From assembly GCA_951406725.2 (NCBI GenBank), contig OX597816.1, positions 149,048,001 to 149,112,000 of the forward strand: a DNA stretch of 64,000 nt. The letters are read 5' to 3'. Positions 12,921 through 25,705 of the stretch are shown in pieces. The notes beneath the pieces are model-generated. The model made no database searches. It saw only the letters and a list, made by a program, of their open reading frames with translations, and had not been told where the DNA came from. Position numbers and translations under genes: made by a program. The first letter of the stretch is position 1; each line of letters starts with the position of its first letter. This DNA is from Octopus vulgaris. Taxonomy: Eukaryota.

Positions 12921-13814
12921 CTGTTGCTTTACGCACATTTTTTTTCATATTCGTTTCTTCGTTTCCTACACATTGTTTTACACCCATTCCAGTATTTTAT
13001 ATTTTGATTTTCATTCCTGGGACAAGATGTATCTATTAACCGTAAGTTTTATTTGCCTGTCGTGGTAATGAAATGAGAATAAGATGTAAGGGGACAATGT
13101 TTTTGAGATTCCGGTTTGAAAGCATGTCTGAAAGGGTTCCCAACAGTTATTAGTAGCAGTGGTAGAGTGTTTATGACAAATATGTATGTATGCATGTATA
13201 TATATGAAGTTATAGTTTTACTATAATAGTGAAAGTATTAAACTGAAAGTAACTCACATTGCAATACAGAGATATTGTTTCACTTTTGACATGTAATACT
13301 GAAATAGAGTAAGAGATTGCTCTGGCCTTGCATTAGGCAAGAAGTTCAAAATTTTTTGGGCCCATGATATTGCAAAGACTGTAAGTAAGATTCTTCAATG
13401 GTAGGCACAGTGTCAACTAATTATGAATTTATACATGTGCAAACATTGTAATTTGCCATATTACCTTACTACACTATTTGTTGTTTGACAGTAATTTGAC
13501 TTCTCATGGAGATATATGGGAGAGCCTGATATCAAGTTTTACCTCAGTACTTGTTGATTCAATATGGTATTTGTATTCAATTCTGTTCATGAACTGGTGC
13601 AATAGCTCTGTGAATAAATCAAATAAGTCAAAACCAATCTGAACGAAAACATCTCCGTACAGTTTTGACACATCTGTCTTTGTGGTTGTTTGACCTATTA
13701 GAAATGCTACCGTATTAAAAGGAATATAACTATGTATAATGTAGTTCTAAATATATTTGAAAGTAAAAGTGCTTGGAATAAACACAGACCTTCCCATTTT
13801 GGTTAATTCAAAAT

Positions 13815-14170
13815 CATCATCATTTAACATCCAATCTCCATGTTGGCATGAGTTGGACTGCAAACTGGCAAGCCACAATGCTGCACCAGGCTCCAATTTG
13901 ATCTGGCAAGGTTTCTACAGCTGGATGCCATCCTAACACCAACCACTCCAAGATTGTAGTGGGTGCTTTCTATCTACCACCGGCATGGGAGCCAGTCAGG
14001 CGGCACTGGCATCGACCGTGTTCAGATGGTGCCTTGAATGTGCCACCAGCACAGGAGCCAGTGGAGGGCACTGGTATCAACTGCATTCAGATGGTGCTTT
14101 TACACCCCGCTGGCACGGAGAGCAAGTCACACAGCGTTGGCATCAACCCATGCTTGAATGGTGCTTATTC
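13815..14170 (-). mobile_element. Diverged RTE-related SINE/LINE 3' end
   Basis: catcatcat tail plus ctggatgccatcctaacaccaaccactcc core; further diverged copies at about 29205-29352, 31083-31290 and 34650-34830. Confidence 0.65.
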
Positions 14171-16457
14171 AGTTTCCTTATGTGTTTAGTCACAGTGGGT
14201 CTATCAGCAGTGTCTCTGTGAACAGTTGAACAGGGAGCTCTGTCACTGATGATATTCCAATCCAATAAAGATCTGAAATTTGTCCAATTGATATTTTCTT
14301 TTCTATCCACAAAAATATTGTGGATATATATAGAGAGGTTGCTTACATCTGTCTATTATGTAAAATTTTCGCTAAAGATATTTCAAATATCTAAGAATCA
14401 TTGTCAATGTCTTAAATTTACACACATACTGATCTAACCTAAGGGTGAATATTTAGTAACACAAAGAACTATTTTCCAAGGCATGTGCCACTAAACTTTA
14501 ATATACTCAATAACAATAAAAATATTTCTGTACATGTCGCCGGTGTGATGTCTTCCTTGAGCTGAAGACAATGGAAAGAGCATAAATTGCATTGTGATTT
14601 TCAACACAAAGATATTTAGTTTTATCATAAACAAACTGGCTATCATTATTACTGTAAACGTTGGAAAAGATATTTACACCATATGACCCACTGGAATGAT
14701 TTGGTTAATTCCTGCAGCTAGGTAGTTTAGCTGAATAGTCATTGACATTGCCAGCCATTGGTCTTAATGCTACACTGCTTGCAGCCAACTGGTTTTAAAA
14801 TGTGCACCTTTACAGCTTGCCAGTGGCAAAAAAAGGCTCTATTTACAGCTATATCTTTCAAAGAGAAAACAGTGCTAGATGGAATTGTGAATAAGAACCT
14901 GTTTTACAAAATATTTGAGTGGTCAGTTCCTTAATGACATCATCAATAACTGCACAAATCATATTCATATAGTTGTTGTTTTTGCATCAGATACAGTGAT
15001 CCGCATTCAATTTCTAAGTGTGTTCGGACTGCCAAATATTCCTTCAATTTTGTAGTACAGAACAGCATTCAAATAAAACACTGCTGACACTAGCAATTTA
15101 TTGAGTAAATCAAACTCTTAGATGTCATATAAACTCTGGTATTATTTTGTTTGGCTGATTATTCTAATAAAGTCAAAAATTTACAGAAAGGAGCCCATGA
15201 GACTAATTTAAAAGTCCTTAAATAAAGCATCTCCCCAGTAATCTTTCAACTACCCTTGACAAAAATGAAGAAGCTGACCAAGTTTTTAATGATACTCATA
15301 TTGATGATTGCCCATTTACAGAGACAGAGTACGTGAGAGCATGGACATTCCTAAAGACTGGTGAGAGCTGTGGTAAAGACGGAGTAGTTCTTAGAGTACT
15401 GGACTATGCTTTAGTCGACAGCATTATATTAAGTTACCTCAAAAGCAGAGAGGGATCTATTTCAGTTCCATTCTTAGCAAAAACTGTAACAGAATGTATG
15501 TCAACCATTTTCAGCCTGTTAAAACCTCTGCTAGGGTTTCAGCAGAACAAATTTCAAGAGAAACAGACAGCCATAAACATATCTTGGTGCTGAGTAGGAT
15601 CATCAAACAAGTGAGGAACAGAAAGCTCTTAATAATCATGAGTTTCATTGGTTTTAAGAATGTATTTCTTACACTTCATTGACGAAAACTTGTCTGTATT
15701 CTGAAAAGACAATCCTGAGAATCTAGCGCAAGCGACCAAGTCATGCATGAAGGCTCAAGTGAAGATCAACTTGCTCGACAGTGAAATGAATGTCTCCAAC
15801 ATCTACACCACTTATGTAGCGGGGAGATAGTCATGTTCCCTCCCTCTCTATTACTTAAACGTATTATTGAAAATTATGTAGAGAAGCACTGCAGCCAAGA
15901 AATGGAATTCATTATGAGTCAGATATTAGTTGTTAATCTTGGTTGTGTCAAAATCACACGTCCCTGAAATATTGCTGAGCAAGCTTGTAAAATCCTGCTT
16001 GCAGTTAATACAGAATACATAAAAGTATAACTATTCTTAAAGAAAACCACTGATCTGAACTTCAAACACCAATGATACAGTCATGGGTAACAGCAATGGA
16101 GAAGCCTTCCAGGTAGCAAAGGATTCGAATTCTACAGTGCTTAGATCTCATCTTTCTTTGGCGACTTCAAGGCAGCAGCACTGCTACCACCACTGTTATT
16201 GTTAAATCACCCAACTCCTAGTAGTACAAAGGTAATAAATGAGGATAACAACAGGTTACATCTAGCAGCAGTAGTCAACAAACAACAAGTTTATGTAGAC
16301 AATATTGAAATTTATCAACAATTTATCACAAGACAGAAAACTCTTCTGTATTTTTCATTAGAAAATAAAACAAGGCAGGTATTTCAAAGATTATTTATTA
16401 CAAAATTAAAGCTCAATTTATCTGTGTGTGTGTGTGTACTGAAAACTATTTCTGATA

Positions 16458-17837
16458 TCAAGTAAGACCATCTGCTTTATATAAACCTGTATTTTTGACA
16501 TTGGTAACTTGTGTTGATGATAATGGTAATCTGTCCCCTTCTGCTGTAAAAAGTCCTACAGGATAGACACTTTCACTGCTACCATAAGTCACATTGTTGT
16601 CAATTAATGGAGTTGTTATTGTTCGATTTAGTGGTTTAGAAGGGTCTTCTTTTATGAGTCTAGATTGAGAACACAGTTTTCCTTCACTATATGACACAGG
16701 AGATAAGTCAGAAACTGGAGAACTTTCAAATACATTAGATTTTAATTTGGGTGATGTTCCATATATCTTATTTATTGTTGCTTTGCTATTTGTGGTATCT
16801 GAAAATGGTAAGCTAAAATCTGTAGTGGATATAGCTATAGAATTCAAAGGAGTGTTTAGCGCCTGAGAACTATCAGAAACTGAACTAGATGTGCAAGCTC
16901 TTTTATTCATTTGACCATATTTATCATCAGGTCCTACAGTCTCGATTTTTACAGTGGGAAGGATAACTGAACCAAATGGAGAGTTGCCACTGTTAGTGTC
17001 CAGAGATGCAGCCTCAAACTCTCGCTTAACGGTTCTGACTGTACCTTCTTTAAGCTGTGCTAATTCATTCTGGGAAATCTGCTTAATATCCTCTGTAGGA
17101 ACAGTTGAAACAGAAGATGGCATCTGCCTGGTATCATCAAACGCAGTGACTGTTGAAGTAAGTAGCTGACATGCTCCACTTGTTGTTGCTTTGCTATTTG
17201 TGGTATCTGAAAATGGTAAGCTAAAATCTGTAGTGGATACAGTTATAGAATTCAAATGAGTGTTTAGTGCCTGAGAACTATCTGAAACTGAACTAGATGT
17301 GCAAGCTCTTTTATTCATTTGACCATATTTGTCATCATCAGGTCCTACAGGCTCGATTTTTACAGTGGGAAGAATAACAGAACCAAATGGAGAGTTGCCA
17401 CCGTTAGTGTCCAGAGATGCAGCCTCAAACTCTTGCTTAATGGTTCTGACTGTACCTTCTTTAAGCTGTGCTAATTCATTCTGAGAAATCTCCTGCTTAA
17501 TATCCTCAGTAGGAACAGCTGAAACATCAGATGGCATCTGCCTGGTATCATCAAACGCAGCGACTGTCAAAGCAAGTTGCTGATGTGCTCCACTTTGAAG
17601 ATGAGCATCACACATATTTTGTAAGTCTTTCATGTCTAATTGTTTTGCAATGACTTTTAGCTGTTGTAAAATATTAAGATCAAGATCTAATAGTCCAGTA
17701 TACATGTATTCAGTAAAAGCCATTAAAGTTTCTGTGCTTACTTCAGGAAATTTCACTTCATAAAACTGAGAAGAGATGCATGTACTAATTACTGAGAACA
17801 GTTTTGGAGACACAGCAGACAAGACTATTTTATGGAC
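16458..17837 (-). CDS. BTB/POZ-domain protein paralog 1, last coding exon (C-terminal part of BTB, duplicated S/T-rich linker, conserved tail)
   Basis: tttcag|GTC acceptor; VHKIVLSAVS...FPEVSTETLMAFTEYMYTGLLDL...AKQLDMKDLQNMC is a BTB signature; 1380 nt open to TGA. Confidence 0.9.
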   Translation of the reverse strand, partial: VHKIVLSAVSPKLFSVISTCISSQFYEVKFPEVSTETLMAFTEYMYTGLLDLDLNILQQLKVIAKQLDMKDLQNMCDAHLQSGAHQQLALTVAAFDDTRQMPSDVSAVPTEDIKQEISQNELAQLKEGTVRTIKQEFEAASLDTNGGNSPFGSVILPTVKIEPVGPDDDKYGQMNKRACTSSSVSDSSQALNTHLNSITVSTTDFSLPFSDTTNSKATTSGACQLLTSTVTAFDDTRQMPSSVSTVPTEDIKQISQNELAQLKEGTVRTVKREFEAASLDTNSGNSPFGSVILPTVKIETVGPDDKYGQMNKRACTSSSVSDSSQALNTPLNSIAISTTDFSLPFSDTTNSKATINKIYGTSPKLKSNVFESSPVSDLSPVSYSEGKLCSQSRLIKEDPSKPLNRTITTPLIDNNVTYGSSESVYPVGLFTAEGDRLPLSSTQVTNVKNTGLYKADGLT

Positions 17838-18315
17838 CTGAAATATAGTAAATGATAACAGTATGTTTACAGCTTGCCAACAATACATTGATAGACACTT
17901 AAGAATCATGTTCATAAAATAGAAAAATGTAAGTTTGTTTTTCCAACTCTTACAAAAGCAATTGACTACCAAAAGTCGTAAGTCTCTGGAAGTTGATTTT
18001 AAACTTCATTCATTTCAAAGCGTTTCTTTTTCTGTAAAATATTCTATTTTATATTAGTAAACAAATGTTTCAGTAAAAGCTATTTTCAAGGATTGAATCA
18101 TAAAATTTTCTGATAATAATAAAACTTAAAGCATATCAGTATTTATATATAACTTGATAAAGGCTACACCTACCTTTAAGAAATATAGAGGGAAGCAGAA
18201 GAAAGAATAGCTTGATATTAAGCACATTAGAAATTAAGCATAATTTTTTAATTATCATGATAATGACATTGGAAACAGTTGATAAATGTGAAAAAGTTTA
18301 CAACTGTATACTTAC

Positions 18316-18657
18316 CATCACAGTAGACGAGCCATTGCTAATACTGGCATCACATAATTTTCTACTTCTCCACATAGATGCTAGGTTAGACATGACAGAA
18401 TGTTCATGACTAGTAACTAGCAATTTTTGTTTCGGTAAATCTGTTTTTCTAATTATTGATTTAGATACAGTTGTTTGATTTGGATCTTTCACCAGCTTTG
18501 ATTTGGATGGAGTTATTTCAAATGGTGAAGTCAACACCTGAGCTGGCTTTGTAATATTTTGCGATGCTTGTGCTAAACTTGAATCTTGCTGGACTGGCGT
18601 TTTAGTAGTTAGTTGTACACATTTTGAAATCTTTGGAGTTGGTAAAGCACTGTCCAT
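18316..18657 (-). CDS. BTB/POZ-domain protein paralog 1, first evident coding exon (predicted protein 573 aa)
   Basis: ttttag|GCAAATG acceptor at 18661; ends ...VMSNLASMWRSRKLCDASISNGSSTVM|GTAAGT, joining phase-0 to VHK at 17837. Confidence 0.85.
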
Positions 18658-20226
18658 TTGCCTAAAATGAAAATGTGCAATTCATTGAGAAGAAATATAT
18701 ATAAGAGAAGAATAATAACTCAATAGTATTGTCAAAATACCATTTTAGTCATCACATACCATCTGTCATGTGATTGTTGATTTCTTAACCTTTGATTCTT
18801 CACGTGTTGCTCCCCAATGTGCTCTACCTTGTTCTGTTTTTTTATGTATCATTTTCATTTGAGTGTTGAGGAAGTGAGGCATGATCAAACAAAGAAATAA
18901 AGATTTCAGTTAAGTGGAAATAATTTGGACAGTGATGAATAAATAAATTATGTTAATGAAAATGTCAATGATAACTAAAAATTCTTGTTTGTAAGACTAA
19001 CAAATAATACTGAATTCCCATATTGAAACTTCCACTAAGGAAAAATGGAATCTGTTAGGCACATAAGTATACGGCAAATCCCAAAAGCATTCAAAATCAA
19101 CATGAACAGAGAATCTCTACAGAATTCTAAAACTGAAATGAGAATGGAGCTGGATGTTATACTTATCCTATTCTGAAATCTGACATGATGGTAACATGTA
19201 ATTTGTCTTCAACATCAAATATATAGTAACTGCTGCCACAATTCACACAGATTTTCTATGGTAGCTTTTACCCAGAAAGGTTTTCAACATTGTAATTCCT
19301 GACTGAATTTATAATTCATTTGACAGTAGTGTCATTACATTTGTATTTTTATCACATACATTGATTCCAAAATTATACTCAATTGACATGGATAGCGATC
19401 CCTCAACACTGTATAGTATTTAACTCATTCTTAATGAAAATTGTGGAGTGGCTACAATACTAAAAGTTTACATCACAAGAAACTTCATATCATGAGGCTT
19501 CTTAATACATTTATCCTACATGTATCTTTGGTTTCTGAAATTAACTGCAATATCAATGACCTTCCAAACAAATTCTGGAAGCAAATGTTTGTTCTATTTC
19601 TCCTATATGTGTGTGATGCTTAAGAAGGTATACCTGATTTATCTACCTTGAGAGCTGCAAGATGAGTTTTACTCCACCATTTCTGAGCTTCTAATCTTGC
19701 CTGCCATTGTTCTGCTGTTTCTGCCAGCAAACTTTGGCTTTGGTAAGGAATCAATGGCACTAGACGTGCTAGGATTGAGCTGAAAATTTACACACCTATA
19801 GAAGGTGTGGTGTAGTTACGGCCAGAGTAGGTTTTAAGTCTCTATCTCGATAACAAAGCCCGAAACGATGCATTTTCTGCGAGCGAGTGGATGTCATACA
19901 CTATTGCCTTGAGTTGTGTTCACGCAACATGTTGGATTCTATGTATGACTGTGCACGTGTTTGCACGAATGCAACAGAAAAATGGGGCGAAAACACATTC
20001 AAATTTTGAGCTTTCTGAAAAACAAAATATGAGCATATACGTAGAAAAATTTCCTGAATCGGTTGGAGCAAGTTTGAATTCTCTAGCTTGAAAAATGCAA
20101 ATTCTAGCAGTTTTGAGTGTGCCTCTTTAAGGAGTTCTCAGTTGAAAATGGTGTCAAAAAATAGCTCAAAATGAGAGAATTGTTTTGCAGACTGCTTCAA
20201 AAATCGAACGGGAAGTGTTCTTAATA

Positions 20227-20618
20227 TCTTTATATATAAAGCTGAAGTTGTCTGTGTGTGGCAGGTTTGGCAGCCTTCAACTAACACTATCTCCCCCGAG
20301 ACCCTGCAGCGCAAGTTGACCAAAATTGAGAGTACGATAGAAGAAGGCTTGCTCTTCATTCCGTAGAAGATAAAATTCAAATCGGACCATGTTAAGACCA
20401 AAAATTATTTACATCAAAAAGCTGCTTTTTTTTCTATGAAAATCCCGATTTTTTATGATTTTTTTTACTGCTGTGTCGCCATTTTTCGGTGTATTTCAAC
20501 CAGAAAAATGTTCACTTAAAGAGAATAACAAGCTACATAATGCAAAATTTTTACTTTTCAAAAATTCCAATTCTAAACAATTGAAACACACCTGAGCAAC
20601 GCCAGGCGATACTGCTAG
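20227..20618 (+). mobile_element. Complete 392-bp non-autonomous Helitron
   Basis: A|TCTTTATATATAAAGCTG...cctgagcaacgccagg hairpin...CTAG|T; no TSD. Confidence 0.9.
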
Positions 20619-21021
20619 TTTCAATAATATGTTTTGCAAGTTAGAATAAGTAAAAATCAAATGCATGAACAGTATGAGGGTAAGGCAAGACATCTCACAT
20701 TTTCTAATTTTTCTTAGGTACTATTCTACCACATAAGCATACAAAATAATGCATAAATTCAACATTTTTGCTAGATTTCTGAAACTCTATACAACACAGA
20801 GCAGTGGGTGGAAGGACATTGTGATATTGCGCTAGCAGCAATGTAAGGAGAGTAGCGAGGCAAAAAGTGGAAGGGATGAGAGTAATGGAGAGTGGCTGGA
20901 AAGGATAGTGAATTTATGGCGTTGAATTAAATCCATAAATGTGAGGAGAGTGAAGGAGATGGGAGTGATGGAGAGACTGACATGAGGATGGCCGGACTGT
21001 GGTGGCATTAGTGGAGTTGGC

Positions 21022-24000
21022 TTATTGCAGCGCTTCTTTGTAGACGACGTTTCTTGTTTTTGCGGATTGCCGCATATGAAGAGGTTTCGCGGATCTCCAA
21101 TACGTGAGCAACCAACGTAAAGTTGACCATGAGTAAAAACATCTTGGGTCAGGTTTAGTCCAACAACTTAGAGTGATTGGCCCTGAGCTTTATTTATACT
21201 CATGCCAAAACAGACTTTTATTGGAAATTGTTTGCATGTAAACTGGAATGGACTGTCAGACGGACTTAGACTGATTGGAGTTAGCAGTTTTGTCATGCCT
21301 GCAGATGGCCCGCTTAGAATGACTGTTGTGAGAATGCGAGTGCCAATATCTTTGATGATAAGTCTCGTCCCGTTGCACAGTTCTGGTGGGTCGATGTTTC
21401 GAAGCAGCATAACTGGAGTGCCAACTTTGAGTCGGAGGTCATGAGGTGGAAGTCCAGAAATTTGTAACGTGTTGAGGAATTCGGTGGGATAGTTGACAGC
21501 ATCATCAGCGTTGTTTGTAGTGTTGATGGACTTGAATGAGTGTTCGTTCCCAGGAATATGGTTGAGGAGATTTTGATTAATGGCGTCGACATTTGCATTG
21601 TGTGGGGCTAAAATGGCTCTACCTTGCAGCCAGTTGGAATCATGAAATTGAGCTTCAAGATCAGGAAAAACTACCAAAATTAAATCATCAATACTTTCAA
21701 CAAAATTTCCGAAGAGAAGACTAATATGGTCTGCATCGATTGCAGTTGCAGTTCCGTTTCCAACATCGAGTAATTGTCTGCAGAATACTTCAGTATCTGC
21801 GTCCCATTGCAAATGTACTCTCATGTTGGTGGTGAGGTGAAGTTTTTCAACATGACGCCAAAGGTAAGACGATGTGATGCATGCTTTCACTTCATCTGCT
21901 CGTGTGCCCCCAGTGATGACAGGAAGGGTTTGCCGGAAATCTCCAGCCAAAATAACTGTTGCTCCACCCATAAGTCTTGGATTTCGACGCAAGTCCTTGA
22001 GAGCTCAATCCAAAGCCTCAAAAGCCGACTTATTGCTCATTGTTGCCTCATCCCAAATAATTAGACAGCAATCGGAAAGGAGTTTACCTCTTGGCGTGCC
22101 TCAATCTATTTCGCAAGATGGATTCTCTTTCTTTGCAATAACCAAGGGAAATTTGAAGGCTGAATGTGCTGTGCGACCGCTATGCAACAAAGTTGCAGCA
22201 ATTCTGCTTGATGCAACTGCCAAAGCAATTCTCCTGTCTTTTCGCAGATTTGCGAGGAGAAGGTTGATGGCAAAAGTTTTACCTGTGCCATCAGGTGCAT
22301 CCAAAAAGAAAAGCATGCCTTCATTTGAAACGGCACTGGTGAAAATTCAGTTGTATGCAAGTTGCTGTTCAGGCAAAAGTTTTGGTTCATCTCGAGTCAC
22401 CATTTCAGTCAACTCTTCAATGTTATAGTCCAATTCAGAAATGTATTCTGAATCTAAAACGCCATCTCTGTAGACAGGGCTTGGAATACCGAAATGACAA
22501 ACACCATCAAATCCAGCAGCTCTGAGACGTCTGTCGATATCAAGTAGAGCCTCATAGTAGATCTCATTGTTGTATTCGCGTGCATGCAGTCTTCGCAAAA
22601 TATCTTCTGACATGCTGTCTTTGTGTGCCTCCCACAGTTGGAGGGGTTCGCTGACATCGCAAAATCGTAACATACTGCAAAACAATCGCCGCCTTTGTTT
22701 TGGCAGTTTACAATCAGCAGCCTCAACGCCAGGTGCAGATGATTGTCGTCTTCAAGAAGTCCGTGCCTCACACACACCTCCCTGTAAGTGGGACAAATTG
22801 TGCTGTCAAACATTCTGAGGTCAGCAAATGACTTGGGTCCTCTAACTTGATGCAGTAGGGTTCTCAAGAAGAAGCACTCTTGTGCACGTGGATGAACAGT
22901 GAAAAGACGTCCGATTGCATCACTTCTCTTTACACCGGGCCAATTATCGACATCTCCATTTTTCCTTCGACTATGTGATTTCTTTGACCATGTATAGTAA
23001 ACTGGTACATCGTCATAGAGAAGTGTTGCAGCAAATGCATCTCAGGAGCAAAGTTTGAAGAATGCCATAAATTTTGTCTCCAGCAGCTGTTGAGCGACAA
23101 TTTGGGCATTCCGCTCCGTGAAATAGGTGCGCTGCCCATTCTCCAAATGAACATCAATGAACTCGTAAATGTCAAAACCGAAAATCCTCCAAGCCGCCAC
23201 ATTGGAAGAAATGTATCACCCCATGACATATTGCTGGATTTCGTCATTTTGATTCATGCCACCGCTGATGCCAATCACCACCCTTGTTGATGTATTTGGA
23301 TATGTATTTGATGCTTCTGACAGAGGTGCAGCTCTCAACGTTGATGTGTGCTTTGAAGATTTTTGCGAGCAGGGGGCTGTAGGGCACAACCCAGCAGTTG
23401 TCAACGAAGTAAGTGACACCGTCTCTCTTTACCTGAACTGCAATGCCACCGAAATCAGGAGCGCGCCACCGATAAATGGGATAGCTGTGGGTTCTGGTGC
23501 AAGCTGTGCTCACGAAGTCTTTGGGATAATGCTTGCTGCATTTGTTATTCTCCATGCATGCTTTTCTGGGGTTGAGAGGAACACAAGGTCTGTGCAAAAG
23601 ATTGGTCAAAACAATGTTATGAAGCTCTGGATCAACGGTGGGATCTGGAAGCTCAGCACTGATAACTATCAATGTCTGCAGGTCTAATTTTTTCTTTGCA
23701 CCAAATAAGAATATGTGCATACGGAAGGCCCCGCTTCCGCCATTCCACAATGTACATCCAGGCATTAAGAGGACTGTAGATTTTCTCCTTCTTCAGCAAG
23801 GACATCAGGAGATTAAGCTTGAGTTTGAAGACTAATTTCATCTCAGGTCTTGAGTTCAAAAACTCTGCAGCAGTTTTTAGCTCACGGACGTAAGGGTGGC
23901 TGTAGTGAAGCATTGTTTGAAGCTCTGCAATGATATTGCGACTTAAAGGAGGGTTTTTGCTGCATCTATGAGAAAGTTCTTGCTCATGTCCACCCATGAA

Positions 24001-24780
24001 GAAAACCTGCATAAATCGTGGCTCCTCTCCTGATTGTGGGAGAAGGCTCCCAATTTTGTGGTAACATTGGCCATGAATTTGGAAAGTAAAAAGCTTTTCT
24101 TTGGGCCTTGTAACAGTGGTTTGAGAAGTGCTGGCAACCTCAGTGTTGTCAGTGTTTGTCCTTGTTATTCAGCTGTCACTCACACCAAAAGACATCATCG
24201 AAAAACATGAGTTGTATCTCTATAAACTCTTTCGAAACAGCTTTCCGTGGTCAGAGTCACTGGTGAGGTCCTGGATTATTTTGGGAGGAGCAGCCAGTGC
24301 CTCAAGATGAACTTTGCCCCCGGAACAGCAGAGACCTGGAGTCTCCCCTCTCCACTTTTTCGCCCCGCAGTATTTGCAGACTTGATCCATCTGTCCTATA
24401 GAAACGTCGGCTCGCGTAGTCATAAGTAGGATCATAGTTGAAACCTACCATCAACCAAAAATTTTGTTCTGGACGATGTCGTTGTTGTCTTCAACGTTGC
24501 TGGTCCTGCAAACGAATCTTCCTGGCCTCCTAATTCTCAGTCATACGGGTGAATCGATCCCTTTCGCGCTGGGCAGAAAGACGTGATTCTCTGGCAGCAG
24601 AAGTCTCGCTTCTTCGTGATTGCCTGGTGGATTAGGAGAAAGGGCAACGCTCACATGCCTCATTACTCTCTTCGATGCATGAAAGGGTCGAACTATCATT
24701 TTGTTCAGCAACAGGAAATTCCACTGATTGCGGCGTTTCCTCAGAAGGAAGACCCTGTAGAGACGGATAGCATCATTCAA
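21022..24780 (-). pseudogene. Helitron 2 RepHel (zinc finger, Rep HUH endonuclease, PIF1-like SF1 helicase); many frameshifts and stops
   Basis: CKYCGAKKWRGETPGLCCSGGKV; EWRKRGLPYAHILIW (degenerate HUH motif); SIKYISKYINKG; FFLDAPDGTGKT (Walker A); LAGDFRQTLPV; FPIKVCFGMSINKAQGQSL; FTHGQLYVGCSR. Confidence 0.93.
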
Positions 24781-25311
24781 AATGGTATAGCTAATGATTA
24801 TATGGTAAAGCCAATGTAATAGTAGTAGATTGTATTTTTGGATAGTCAAGTCTGGTATACTTCTTAAATAAAAAAAAAAAAAACCCAGAAAAATCAAGTC
24901 ATAATTCGAACAAATTGTGCAATTAATTTTTTTTGATAAAGAATAAAATGTGTGACTTATAAGTAATAATTATTTTTAGATCGACAGGAATACATTCACT
25001 GCCATGGCTTTAATGTTATGTATTAAAAAGAATAATTAAACGAAAATAAAGCAATGGCAAAATTAATGTGTTAAGTTTTAGCAATCACCTAGTATGTGTT
25101 CAATACCAAGATAAGCTGCAAATATTATGGATATTTGGTAGGCAGTCCAACAAACAGTTATTTTACTAAACAAATTGTCCAAGAAAACGTCGTAAATATT
25201 GACACAAACTCGATTTTTCATGAATGCTTAACAGATTTGAATAATTAAGTTCTGATGTAAACATTGCAGCCGCTGTTTTTATGGCAATAATAGATTAGAT
25301 GGTAGAAATAG

Positions 25312-25705
25312 GGATCTTTTCGGTTTGAACGGCAGTTTTTTAAAATAATTTCCACGTAACTAAACACTTTTAAACTTCGTATACTGGTAGAATGTGTTTA
25401 TAAAACATCTTTTTCTCTTGGCTTTATTGAGAAAATTCTATAGTTTGTAAGATATTTGTTTTGTTTTTTTTTTTCAATTTCTGCAATTTCAACCAATCGA
25501 TGACGTCTATTCTGTGCCGTATGAATATGTCCCTCGTTTAAACAACAGATTGGGTTTATTTACATTTGTGAAGAAAACAAGATACCGCCCCCACCCTAAC
25601 CCTAAAACAGATTGAAATGCAATAGATCGATACTAGGGTCATAATTATGGGTGACAATTGCATATGACACCGCTAGAAAAACTGCCATTCAAACCAAAAA
25701 GATCC
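25312..25705. mobile_element. MITE with ~28-bp TIRs and 8-bp TSD AGAAATAG
   Basis: GGATCTTTTCGGTTTGAACGGCAGTTTT...AAAACTGCCATTCAAACCAAAAAGATCC; TSD at 25304-25311 and 25706-25713. Confidence 0.9.

Noticed and set aside
15240-15900. Possible old LINE RT remnant (also about 30340-30600)
   Set aside because: Too degraded to assign family or boundaries by eye
17838-17972. N-terminal extension MVVNCFCKSW... of the 504-aa ORF
   Set aside because: Intron read-through; the acceptor at 17838 matches the other two paralogs
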